Shown: positions 40,178 to 49,869, numbered from the stretch's first letter. The stretch is 64,000 nucleotides of DNA from an uncultured Actinomycetota bacterium (GCA_963718235.1 CAVQYR010000001.1:1056001-1120000), one strand, 5' to 3'. A program made the numbers and translations. Notes: generated by a model not told the origin, from the letters alone.

Positions 40178-41100
40178 GGACGTGCGGAATTCCTTGTGGG
40201 AAACCCGTTGGACCCTGCCGCGATCTGGTCGGATCGGGGCGGATCAAGTCTAGGGGGCTGGATTTCTGCGCTGGTTCGGCCGCAGATGGGGCGTCAGGGA
40301 GCGATTTCATGGCTCTGAGTGGGCTGGTGGGCGCGGCTGAGCCCGGTGCGGTGACTGGTGGCGATCGCGGGGGAGTCAGGCAGCTACCTGGGGTGGTGAC
40401 TGTTGTCGGTCGATCGGCTCGCTGCCAGGTGTGGCGTGCCCAGGCGTTCTGGGCGAGGGCTGCCATGAGCACGATGACGGTCTGGTTGTGCAGGCCCCAG
40501 GCCGGGAGCCGGCGGTTGTAGAAGGCGCGCTCGAACTGCGCATTCAGCGATTCGGTGTCAGCCCGCTGCCGTAGACGCGGCTGTAGTCGGGGTCAGTCGG
40601 TGGTAGGACGCGCAGGTAATCACTGCGGTTGAACGTGCGCACCTCGTCCGTTTGAGTCGGGGTGAGCGGCTCCCACCAGTCGTGCACGGCATCGCTAGAT
40701 CGGCAGGTCAGGGTGTGCCGGGCGTAGAACGCCCACGTCCCATCGGACTTGCGGTCTCGTCTAGTCTGGTGGCGGATGATTTCGACGAAGTCGAGGCTTC
40801 CGTCGGCGGTCACGACCCGCTCGTAGATCGTCCCGCCGGCCGCGTAGACGACATGCCCGCCGCACTCTTCTATCCACGCCGTCCCGGCTCGGCTTGGTGG
40901 GAGCTGAGCGGCGGCGTGACCGTACTTGCCGATCACGATCCCGCCGCGTTCTGTACTCTTCCGGCGAGCGGGGGAGATCATAGGACAGGCTGTCTCGTTC
41001 TGAACCCGGGCGATGTGTGTTCCGCGAAAGGCACCGTCGGCGACGAAGGCCAAGATGCCCGCGGCGCGATCGTTGAACATGCGCGTCGTGAAGGCCACAG
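40178..41100 (-). mobile_element. Unit C right end with the longest transposase remnant (40376-41098, frameshifted)
   Basis: GGACGTGCGGAATTCC end; ILAFVADGAFRGTHIARV...WAFYARHTLTC...FNRSDYLRVLPPTDPDYSRVYG; nearly colinear with 20674-21141. Confidence 0.8.
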
Positions 41101-41153
41101 TTGTGCCAACTCCGCCCTAGATCCGACCCATTCTTGTGGTGAGCCAGCCGGGC

Positions 41154-41711
41154 TCATTCTCCGGCGGTCGCGGTCCCCTTGTACGCTTGATCGAAGTCCT
41201 GTGAACCGGCTGCGCCGCCTTGAGTGAAGACGACATTAAGGCCCCTAACACCCCAAGCGCCGGGCACACCCGGCGTGATTGAGATCAACACATATGTCCA
41301 CTCGCCAACGGGCACCTTGAGTCCTTCAACGGGAATGAGATCTGGCATCTGGCCCCCGAAGTTCTCGATCATGCCTTCATCCAAGAGCAGACCAGGCGCC
41401 CCATTATCCAACGTGCCCGGCCGATAGAACTTGACCCTAGTTCCGGGGGACGCGGACAGCGCGCGCACTTCCGCAACGACAGCCGGCTGCTCCAGAGCAC
41501 TCAGATCGAGGCTCACCCAGTACCTCGTGCCCACCGGCCGTGGATCACCGGCACCCGCCCCCCCAGGCAACAGCTCGTGCAATCCTGGCACCGCCCCCAG
41601 GTTGGTCGTGACTTCCTCGCGGCACCCGACCGATAACGCCAAGAGCGCTGAGCACACAAGAGCGGCCACCGCGAATCGACGACCACTCCTGTGAGTTATA
41701 GGCGGGCTCAC
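41154..41711 (-). CDS. Putative lipoprotein of unknown function
   Basis: Basic N-terminus, hydrophobic stretch, LSVG-C lipobox-like site. Confidence 0.55.
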   Translation of the reverse strand: MSPPITHRSGRRFAVAALVCSALLALSVGCREEVTTNLGAVPGLHELLPGGAGAGDPRPVGTRYWVSLDLSALEQPAVVAEVRALSASPGTRVKFYRPGTLDNGAPGLLLDEGMIENFGGQMPDLIPVEGLKVPVGEWTYVLISITPGVPGAWGVRGLNVVFTQGGAAGSQDFDQAYKGTATAGE

Positions 41712-41813
41712 TTCCGAGACGAGTAAACGATGGTCGCGGTTGTGGGCGGTGCCCCGTGACCGAAGAGTGAGTACGTCTTTCCGGACGTGGAACCCATCTT
41801 GAATCCTCCCGGG

Positions 41814-42185
41814 TGGGATTGCTGCAGGTTCGGTTGACGCCGGTTGTGACTGATCAATCTACTTGAGCATCCTTGCTGGGGGTGAAGGCTAGCTCGAACT
41901 CGACGGGAGTGAGCTTGCCGAGGCCGCGTCGGCGGCGGCGCCGGTTGTAGGTGTGCTCGATCCAGTGGACGATCGCGTAGTGCAGCTCCTCGCGGGTGTG
42001 CCACTGCTGGGAGTCCAGGACGTTGCGCTGCAGGAGCGCCCAGAACGATTCCATCGCTGCGTTGTCCCCGGCTGAGGCGACCCGGCCCCTCGAGCCCTGC
42101 GGGCCGGCGGCGACCAGGATGGCCCTGAAGGACCGTGCTCGTAACTGGGCCCCGCGGTCGGCATCGACGATGACCACGCCGTCGG
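41814..42185 (-). mobile_element. IS3-family right-end remnant (orfB C-terminus plus IRR)
   Basis: DRGAQ, DNAAMESFWALLQ, YNRRRR..LGKLTPVEFE; TGGGATTGCTGCAGGTTCGGTTGAC end. Confidence 0.85.
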
Positions 42186-42189
42186 GTTG

Positions 42190-42275
42190 GCGCTCTTGCG
42201 GCGAGCGGGGGAGATCACAGCGCATCCGGTGCCACTCTGAACTCGAGCGATGTGGGTTCTTCGGAAGGCACCGTG
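42190..42275 (-). pseudogene. Internal fragment of the element transposase (copy 4)
   Basis: HGAFRRTHIARVQSGTGCAVISPARRKS vs DGAFRGTHIARVQNETACPMISPARRKS in 40544-41098. Confidence 0.8.
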
Positions 42276-42391
42276 GGTGACTGGTCGGATCAATGTCGTT
42301 CAACTCCAGGGGACCGGGCCCCTCGCCTAGGATCGGCAGATGGCCGCATGCCCGTATCAGGCAAACAGTGTCGTGGTGGAGGGAGACGCAG

Positions 42392-43675
42392 ATGTCGCAG
42401 AAGACCGTCGCATTCTTTCCTGAGCCGGGGGCTTGGGGTCCCACGAACAACTTGGTAGCGATCGCCGAGACGCTTCGTGCGCGTGGGACGCGTTGTGTCT
42501 TCGTGATTGAGGAGTCTTTCGAAGGCAAGTTGGCTGACAAGGGGTTCGACGAGGCGCCGATGCGACTGGGTCCAGCGCCGGAGACGCCCGAAGCGGTGGG
42601 GGAGGGGTGGGCGGAGTTCATCCGAGCGACGGCTCCGGAGTTCCGGAAGCCCACGAGTGAGCAGCTCGCCACGGTGATCAAACCGATCTGGGAGGAGCTC
42701 GTCGGTGGGGGCAAGTACGCCCACGGGCGTCTGATGGAGATCTGGGCCGAGCACCGGCCGGACGTGATCGTCTCGGATAACGTGGTGGGATTCGCGGCGG
42801 TACCGCTGGCGGAAGTGCCGTGGGTTCGGATGGTGTCGGCGAACCCTCTGGAGATGGAAGACCCCGACCTGCCACCACCGTTCTCTGGTCTGCCCACCGA
42901 TGATCGAACGGGATGGATGGAGTTCACCGCGGAGTTCCGGCGTCTGCACGACCCGTTGATCGCTGAGCTCAGCGACTTCAACGTGTCGGTGGGCGCCGAC
43001 CCTCTGCCCGAGGGCCACTTCCAGTACAACTCGCCCTACGCCAACCTGTACCTGTTCCCGGAGGTGATGGACTACCCGCGGTCGATCCCTCTGGACTCCA
43101 CGTGGAGCCGGCTCGACACCACGGTTCGCACCGGCGAGGAGCCGTTCGACGTCGACTCGGTGCTGCCGGGAGAGGGCAAGGTGGTCTACCTGTCGATGGG
43201 AAGCCTGGGCTGCAACGATCTGGAGCTGATGCAGCGACTGATCGATGCCCTCGACCAGACCGAGCACCGGGTGATCGTGAGCATGGGCCCGCTCGGTGAC
43301 CAGATGGAGCTTGGTGAACGGATGTGGGGCGATGAGTTCCTGCCACAACCGTCGATCCTGCCGCAGTGCGACCTGCTGATCACCCACGGCGGCAACAACA
43401 CCGTGACCGAAGGGTTCAACTTCGGACTACCGATGATCGTCCTGCCCCTCTTCTGGGACCAGTACGACAACGCGCAGCGGGTGCAGGAACTCGGCTTCGG
43501 ACGGCGCCTCGCAACGTACGGAGCATCGCAGGACGAGATCGTCACCGCTGTTGACGAGCTCCTCGCCGACAGTGCCCTCAAAGCCCGCATGGCGGACATC
43601 TCCCGCCAGCTGCAGGCCGCCCCTGCCCAGGAACGGGCGGCAGATGTCGTCGAGCAGCTGGCCAACGGCACGTGA
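42392..43675 (+). CDS. Family 1 glycosyltransferase (MGT/UDPGT-like)
   Basis: VYLSMGSLG, FLPQPSIL..CDLLITHGGNNT..EG..FGLPMIVLPLFWDQYDNA. Confidence 0.9.
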   Translation: MSQKTVAFFPEPGAWGPTNNLVAIAETLRARGTRCVFVIEESFEGKLADKGFDEAPMRLGPAPETPEAVGEGWAEFIRATAPEFRKPTSEQLATVIKPIWEELVGGGKYAHGRLMEIWAEHRPDVIVSDNVVGFAAVPLAEVPWVRMVSANPLEMEDPDLPPPFSGLPTDDRTGWMEFTAEFRRLHDPLIAELSDFNVSVGADPLPEGHFQYNSPYANLYLFPEVMDYPRSIPLDSTWSRLDTTVRTGEEPFDVDSVLPGEGKVVYLSMGSLGCNDLELMQRLIDALDQTEHRVIVSMGPLGDQMELGERMWGDEFLPQPSILPQCDLLITHGGNNTVTEGFNFGLPMIVLPLFWDQYDNAQRVQELGFGRRLATYGASQDEIVTAVDELLADSALKARMADISRQLQAAPAQERAADVVEQLANGT

Positions 43676-43812
43676 CCACCCAGGAGAGTCCGGTGGACGC
43701 ATGAGGAGTCGCTAGCGGTTCTCCTCGTCGAGCACATCGAGGTCCGATCGCTTGAGTCGGTGCGGCTTGGCGTTCCGGCGCCAGTGTCTTCCGCACCAGG
43801 GTGACTGCCGGT

Positions 43813-46272
43813 TCAGCACCGAACGCGTGCCAGACCCGGATCGAGGAGCGGCTTCAGCGACGCCTGCGCGCCGACCAGTCTTCCGGCGACGTCGACTTCC
43901 CAATGACCCGCGCTCACGAGGGGTGCGGTGATCGGCTCCTCGAGGCTCACGAAGCCTAGGCCGACGGCCCCGCCGAGAGTGTGGCCGTAGGCGCCCACTT
44001 GAAGGTGGCCGACCGCGTGTCCGTCGAGGTAGATGATCTCGTTGCCGAACAGCAGGGGTACGGGATCGCTCAGGAGGATCTGCAGCATTCGCCGCTTCGG
44101 CGTGCCAGCCGCGTGGATCGACGCGAGGGCTTCGCGGCCGATGAAGCCGTCCGGTTTGTCGAGCCGCACGGCGAAGCCGAGCCCGGCTTCGATCGGGTTG
44201 TCGGTGTTGTCGACGTCCACCCCGAAATCGCGGTACGCCTTCTCCAGACGCAGCGAAGCCAGCGTCTGCATGCCGGCGTTCCGGATGCCCAACCGGCGTC
44301 CTGCCTCCATCACGAGGTCGTACACCTGTACGGCATGAAGGCTCGGGACGTGGAGCTCCCAGCCGAGCTCACCCACGTACGTCACCCGCAGCGCCAGCAC
44401 GTCGAAGTAGCCGACATCGATGCGGCGCGCGGACATGTACGGGAAGCCTTCGTTCGACAGGTCGGCATCGCTGATCGTGCTGAGCAGGTCGCGCGCCTTG
44501 GGGCCGTGGACGTTGATCTGCGTGACTCCGGCGGTCATGTCGGTGATCGTCACGAACTGCTCCGATCTGACGTGACGGCGCAGCCAGGTCTCGGTGTGGC
44601 CGTGGCTGTTCTCGCCGACCACGACCAAGAACGAGTCTGCCTCCAGGCGGGTGACGGTGAGGTCGGCCTCGAATCCGCCAGCCTCGTTCGCCCACGCGGT
44701 GTAGACCACGCGGCCGGGCTCCACATCGACCTCGTTGCAGCTCACGCGACCCAGCAGCTCGCACGCGTCTCGACCCTGGACGAGGAACTTCGACATCGAG
44801 GACATGTCGATCACGACCACGTCCTGCCGGGCCGCATGATGCTCCTCGGCGTGCCAGTCGAACCAGGGCTGACGGCCCCAGCTGTACCGGTCGAGATGCG
44901 CCTGTTCGGGCGTCGGCGCAAACCAGTCGGGCAGTTCCCAGCCGTGGCTCTCCGTGAAGTACGCCCCTGCGGTTCTGAGCCGGTCGTACAGGACCGACTG
45001 CTTCAGCCCGCGGGCAGTTGTGAAGGTGCTGTTGGGGAAGTGCGCGCCGAAGCTCTTCGCGAGCAGCTCTGGTGTCCGGGTGCGCCGGAATGCGGGAGTG
45101 TTCTGGGTGCCGTCGGCGAAGCGGTCGACGTTGAAGGCGGTGTGATCAACTGGGCATGCACCCTCGACGATCCAGCGGGCAAGCACCTTCCCGATCCCCG
45201 GGCCGTACAGGATGCCGAGGGAGTTCAGCCCGGCGGCGACCCAGCAGTTGCGAAGGCTTGGTGCTTCCCCGACAAGCGGTGCGAGGTCAGGGGTGAAGCT
45301 CTCCGGGCCACAGAACAGTTTGCGGATACCGGCGCTGGTCGCTGCCGGTATCCGGGCGAACGCGCGCTCCAGGTGCGGGCCCATCCGGTCCCAGTCGGGC
45401 TCGATCTCGCCGAATGAGAAGTCGTCAGGAATCCGGTCGATGTTCCACGGTGCGGCGTCGGGCTCGAACAGCCCGATCATCATCCCGCCGACCTCTTCGC
45501 GAAAGTACGCCCAGGAGTGTGCGTCCTCGAGCAGGGGGAGGTCCCGGTGGACGCCTTCGATCGGCTCGGTAATGAGGTAGTAGTGCTCGGCTGCCTGCAG
45601 CGGGAGGTTGATCCCGACGACAGCACCGATCTGGCGCGACCACATTCCTGCCGCGATGACGACGTGCTCGGCGTCGATGTCACCCTTGTCGGTGCGGACC
45701 CCGACAGCACGACCGTTCGCTGTCAGGATCTGCTCGACTCGCGTGTCCTCCAGGATCCGTGTCCCGTGGTCGCGAGCGCCGCGGGCGAGCGCCATCGTCG
45801 TGTCTACCGGGTTGACGCGCCCTTCGCGGGGGAACCAGTAGGCGGCAAGCGTCGAGGAGAAGTCGCCGATGGGGAACAGCTCCGCCGCTTCGGCCGGGGA
45901 GACCTCATGTACCTCGATGCCCATGCGGCTCATGAAGGCGGACGCCCGCCTGCACTCCTCGACGCGTTCCTGCGTGTCGGCCGGCTGGATGTACCCCACC
46001 TGGCGCCAGCCCGTGGCCTGACCGGTTCGCGCCTCGAGGTCAGCGATCAAGTCGCGTCCGTAGGTGTAGAGGTCGCAGGCCCACTCGTCTCCGAGCAGCC
46101 CGGGAACGACCTCTCCCGCTGCATGCCAGGTGGTCCCCGAGGTCAACTTGTCGCGTTCGACCACCACGACATCCGTCCAGCCGAGGAGGTTGAGGTGATA
46201 GGCGATGTTGCAGCCGATTGAGCCGCCACCCACGATGACGACCTGGGCACGGGTGGGTAGGTCGCCGGTCAT
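43813..46272 (-). CDS. Second dimethylglycine/sarcosine dehydrogenase-like GcvT-domain protein
   Basis: VGGGSIG, SGTTWHAAG, GPESFTPD, TYVGELGWEL, LRLEKAYR. Confidence 0.9.
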   Translation of the reverse strand: MTGDLPTRAQVVIVGGGSIGCNIAYHLNLLGWTDVVVVERDKLTSGTTWHAAGEVVPGLLGDEWACDLYTYGRDLIADLEARTGQATGWRQVGYIQPADTQERVEECRRASAFMSRMGIEVHEVSPAEAAELFPIGDFSSTLAAYWFPREGRVNPVDTTMALARGARDHGTRILEDTRVEQILTANGRAVGVRTDKGDIDAEHVVIAAGMWSRQIGAVVGINLPLQAAEHYYLITEPIEGVHRDLPLLEDAHSWAYFREEVGGMMIGLFEPDAAPWNIDRIPDDFSFGEIEPDWDRMGPHLERAFARIPAATSAGIRKLFCGPESFTPDLAPLVGEAPSLRNCWVAAGLNSLGILYGPGIGKVLARWIVEGACPVDHTAFNVDRFADGTQNTPAFRRTRTPELLAKSFGAHFPNSTFTTARGLKQSVLYDRLRTAGAYFTESHGWELPDWFAPTPEQAHLDRYSWGRQPWFDWHAEEHHAARQDVVVIDMSSMSKFLVQGRDACELLGRVSCNEVDVEPGRVVYTAWANEAGGFEADLTVTRLEADSFLVVVGENSHGHTETWLRRHVRSEQFVTITDMTAGVTQINVHGPKARDLLSTISDADLSNEGFPYMSARRIDVGYFDVLALRVTYVGELGWELHVPSLHAVQVYDLVMEAGRRLGIRNAGMQTLASLRLEKAYRDFGVDVDNTDNPIEAGLGFAVRLDKPDGFIGREALASIHAAGTPKRRMLQILLSDPVPLLFGNEIIYLDGHAVGHLQVGAYGHTLGGAVGLGFVSLEEPITAPLVSAGHWEVDVAGRLVGAQASLKPLLDPGLARVRC

Positions 46273-46371
46273 TAGCTGCCTCCGTTGCGAGGGTTGAGTG
46301 CGACGTCAACTCTAGGCTTGGCTGCTGGGGTTCGCACTCGACTGCAGGCAGTGGCTGCGGTCGAGGTCTCG

Positions 46372-46424
46372 GTCGATCTGCAGATCAGGGTGTGGCGGGC
46401 GTAGAACGCCGAAGTGCCGTCCGG
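46372..46424 (-). pseudogene. Internal fragment of the element transposase (copy 5)
   Basis: PDGTSAFYARHTLICRST vs SDGTWAFYARHTLTCRSS near 40695-40748. Confidence 0.7.
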
Positions 46425-46600
46425 TACGTCGAAAGAACCCAGGTCAGACTTTGCCGATGCGGTTCGGCGTCTACACGAGCTCTCCTAGCCGGCGGAGGAC
46501 CTTGGCCTCTGGGAAGTCGCGCCAGGCTTGCAAGTATGAGTTGTGAGGTACGGCCGAGTGACATCGGTCGTAGCGTGAGTCACCGTGGAAGGAGAAGACA

Positions 46601-47020
46601 ATGCCAAAGGTATCGAGGGCCACCGCATCCTCTCACTTGGCCATTCCCGACTACGTGGACAACTGCGAGGAGGAGCTCGGTCGCTGGACCGTGAGCCTGG
46701 AAAGCAGCTTCACCGACATGGACCTCGCGCCCTTCTACAGGGGCGCACCGAATGATCAGTGCCAGGCATCGCACGTTGGCTACGTGCTCAAAGGGAAGTT
46801 CGGTGTCCGGAAGGCCGATGGGGAAGAGGAGATCTTCGAGGCCGGTGACGCGTTCGTCATCGAACCAGGGCACACTCCACTCATGTTCGCTGGATGCGAG
46901 TACGTCGCCTTCACCCCTACTGCTGAGTCGAAAGCGGTCGAAGCTGTGGTCATGCCGAACATGATGAAGTACGCGGAAGAGCAGGGGATCGAACTGCCGG
47001 CGCAGGTGGCGTCTGCGTAG
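46601..47020 (+). CDS. Cupin domain protein
   Basis: CQASHVGYVLKG, FEAGDAFVIEPGH; GAAGGAG RBS. Confidence 0.8.
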   Translation: MPKVSRATASSHLAIPDYVDNCEEELGRWTVSLESSFTDMDLAPFYRGAPNDQCQASHVGYVLKGKFGVRKADGEEEIFEAGDAFVIEPGHTPLMFAGCEYVAFTPTAESKAVEAVVMPNMMKYAEEQGIELPAQVASA

Positions 47021-47107
47021 TTCTTCGTCAGGCAGTCATGGCCTCACGTGCAGGGGGCTGGCATCTTCGGTAGTGGGGCCCCAAGCGGCATCGCGAACGG
47101 GTGCGGG

Positions 47108-48538
47108 TCAGTCGCGCAGGGCTTCAGCGAGTTCGCGGAAGTGGCCGACGAGTAGGTCCATGTCTTCGCGGGTGTGGGCCAGTGACACCAGCCACTGCTC
47201 GTCGAGACCGGGCGGAGTGAGAATGCCGCGGTTCACACCCCACAGCCAGCTGAGCTCAGCGGCACCGAAGTCGGTGCGCTTGTAGTCGCGGTAGTTGCGC
47301 ACCGGAGCCGTAGACCAGGTGACCGCACCCTTGACGCCGAATCCGACGGTGTGAGTTGGCAGCTCGTGCTCGTCGATGATCGCGTTCATCGCCTCGAGGG
47401 AGTCGACGTTGAGCTTCTCGGCAGCGGAGAGTGCTTCCGCTGTGGCGATCTGGTCGATGGCCACTGCTGCGGCCATGACGAGCGGGTTGCCGTTGTAGGT
47501 GCCGAAGTGCGGCATGCGATCGTCGCTCACACAGGCCATGACCTCGGCGCGCCCGCCGAAAGCTGCGAGCGGCAGACCGCCGCCGATGCTCTTGGCCAGA
47601 CAGATCAGGTCCGGCGTGACGCCAAGCCGCTGTGCGGCGCCGGCAGGCCCAGCCGTCAGGCCGGTCTTGACCTCGTCGAACACCAGAAGGGCCCCGTTCA
47701 CGTCGCACATCTCGCGCACGCCGGCGAGGTAGCCCTGGTCGGGGACAACGATTCCGATGTTCTCGAGCACCGGCTCCATGAAGACGCACGCGATCTCCGA
47801 GCCGTGTTCGGCGAACAGCTGCTCCAAGCGCGCGAGGTCGTTGTAGGGGACGACGTAGACCGTTCCGGCCTCGACCTCGAACGGCGTGACCGGTGTCGGT
47901 GCTGCCTCGGGGCCGGCCTCGGCGACCGCGGGCTTCACCGAGACCTGCAGGGCGTCGTAGCCGCCGTGGTAGCCACCTTCGATCTTGATGATCGCCTTGC
48001 GCCTGGTGAACGCTCGGGCGGTCCGCACCGCGTACATCGTCGCCTCGGTGCCGGAGTTGGTGAAACGCAGCTTGTCGAGGCCGAAGCGCCGCTGGAAGCG
48101 CTCGGCCGCCTCGGTCGCTGACGGGGACGGCGTCACGAACAGGGTCCCGGTCTCCAGGGCGCTACCGACCGCGGCGACGACCGTCGGGTTGAGGTGGCCC
48201 GCCAGCATGGCGCCAAAGCCCATCGAGAGGTCGAGCAGCCTGCGACCGTCGACGTCGGTGAGCCAGGCACCCTTGGCGCTGGTCACCGCTACGGGGTAGG
48301 GGTCCCAGTGCTGAAACGATGACGGGACGCCGAGGGGAAGCACGCCGAGGGCCCGAGCGTGGTGTGCACCGGAGCCGGGCGTCTGCGACTCGAACCGCTC
48401 CCACTCAGCGGCGAGCAGCGACGCCACGCGTGCCGGGTCGAGCGGGGTGGCGCCCCCGGGGACGACCCGGTAGGTGGCCGGGTCGTGCGCAGGCCAGGTC
48501 ACAGGAGTGGGGGCGGCGGTAGCCGGCTGCGTGCTCAT
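47108..48538 (-). CDS. Class III PLP aminotransferase (glutamate-1-semialdehyde aminomutase-like)
   Basis: GAWLTDVDG, FTNSGTEATM, GGYHG, FDEVKTG, LAKSIGGGLP, GTYNGNP. Confidence 0.88.
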   Translation of the reverse strand: MSTQPATAAPTPVTWPAHDPATYRVVPGGATPLDPARVASLLAAEWERFESQTPGSGAHHARALGVLPLGVPSSFQHWDPYPVAVTSAKGAWLTDVDGRRLLDLSMGFGAMLAGHLNPTVVAAVGSALETGTLFVTPSPSATEAAERFQRRFGLDKLRFTNSGTEATMYAVRTARAFTRRKAIIKIEGGYHGGYDALQVSVKPAVAEAGPEAAPTPVTPFEVEAGTVYVVPYNDLARLEQLFAEHGSEIACVFMEPVLENIGIVVPDQGYLAGVREMCDVNGALLVFDEVKTGLTAGPAGAAQRLGVTPDLICLAKSIGGGLPLAAFGGRAEVMACVSDDRMPHFGTYNGNPLVMAAAVAIDQIATAEALSAAEKLNVDSLEAMNAIIDEHELPTHTVGFGVKGAVTWSTAPVRNYRDYKRTDFGAAELSWLWGVNRGILTPPGLDEQWLVSLAHTREDMDLLVGHFRELAEALRD

Positions 48539-49869
48539 CTCGGCACTGTAGCGGCGCCATGAGGTCCTGGCGAGTGCGCTGCACCCTGCCCCATTGACTC
48601 CTGAGCCTGCCCGTCACGAATGCGGCGGACGGCACCTGCGAATTGCGACTCGAGCAGCACCGGATCGGCTTCACGTTCGACTTCGTCGAGCCGGTAGTCG
48701 GTCACCATCGGCTGTGCCACCCCTTCGGCGGCCAGCGCGCGCAGTCGCGCTGGTTCGCCGAGTCGACGCTGGCGATGGTCACGGTGCATCCGCTCGAAGT
48801 CCGCACGGTCAAGGGGCGTCAGCTCCAGGAACCCAGCCTCGACGGCAGCCGCCACGAGCTCGCTCCCAGCGGCGGTACGTTCGAGGATGACATTCACCCC
48901 AGGAGCTTCCTCATGCAGCGCGTGTCCGTCGCCATCGAGAAGCCAACCGTCGGGACAGACGACGTCGGCGAGCTCACCGATCGCATCAGGACAGATCTTG
49001 CAACGCCACTGCACGTCGTAGCGCCACGGCGCCTCACTGTCGAACCAGGTCTGGTCATAGCTGAGGTCGAACGAACGGCCGTCGGAGGCCTCGACGTGCG
49101 TCGGTCCGGGCCACCCCTCACCTCGCCATCGGAAGATCGCGACCTCCTGAGCCTCCAGCCCGTGGAAACCAGCGATCTTCTGTGCCGTCCCGGCGTTTGG
49201 TACTCCGCCGCAGAACAGGGTGAGCAAGTGCGGAACCTGGGTCTTCACCCGTGCATCGAATCGTGCCAGATTGCGGACCGCAGCGACGTCACACGGCTTG
49301 GCGATGACTGCGAAGGTCTTGCCTTCATCCAGTAGCCGTTGCACGTGGACCAATGGCGCAGACGGTCCATAGCGCGACTGAGCGCCCGCGACGACCTCGT
49401 TGCTCGTGGTTGAGACCTGTGCTGCGGTCAGCATCGGCTGGTCTGTTGACGCCCGCACGTGAAGTACGGCATCGACGCGTCCGCTCTCGAGCAGAAAGCA
49501 GCCGAGTGCGGTCAGGGCGCCGCCCGCCGCAGCGCGATGGCGGATCGCTGGATCGGCCGCCCACCCTCGCGAAAGCCCGCGCATAGGGCCCCAGATCAGG
49601 TCCACCGGAGTGCCTTCGCTGAGCGGCGCGGCTGCACTGCCATCCGCAGAGAACCCCGGGCAGACGGCCAACAACCGCTCGTTCTCCTCAGCGTGGAGGG
49701 CGTCACGGATGAGCGGACGCGTCTGTCCGCTCGGCGACAGACGCATCTCGATGCGATCGCGCCCGGCCAGGCTCTCGCAGATCCCACAACCGGCGCAGAG
49801 TCCGCCGCGAACGACATCTTCGAGGCTTTCGACCTTGCTCCTCGTCAATGTCAGCCACCGCCCGATCAC
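48535..49869 (-). CDS. Coenzyme F420 hydrogenase/dehydrogenase beta subunit (FrhB) family protein
   Basis: CAGCGIC, AAGGALTAL, AQSRY, AKPCDV, LFCGG, WRGEGWPG, RCKICPD..GELAD. Confidence 0.85.
   Translation of the reverse strand: MIGRWLTLTRSKVESLEDVVRGGLCAGCGICESLAGRDRIEMRLSPSGQTRPLIRDALHAEENERLLAVCPGFSADGSAAAPLSEGTPVDLIWGPMRGLSRGWAADPAIRHRAAAGGALTALGCFLLESGRVDAVLHVRASTDQPMLTAAQVSTTSNEVVAGAQSRYGPSAPLVHVQRLLDEGKTFAVIAKPCDVAAVRNLARFDARVKTQVPHLLTLFCGGVPNAGTAQKIAGFHGLEAQEVAIFRWRGEGWPGPTHVEASDGRSFDLSYDQTWFDSEAPWRYDVQWRCKICPDAIGELADVVCPDGWLLDGDGHALHEEAPGVNVILERTAAGSELVAAAVEAGFLELTPLDRADFERMHRDHRQRRLGEPARLRALAAEGVAQPMVTDYRLDEVEREADPVLLESQFAGAVRRIRDGQAQESMGQGAAHSPGPHGAATVPR

Noticed and set aside
47108-48538. 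Calling the aminotransferase hemL
   Set aside because: No heme-synthesis context and it lies in an accessory island; paralogue of unknown substrate.
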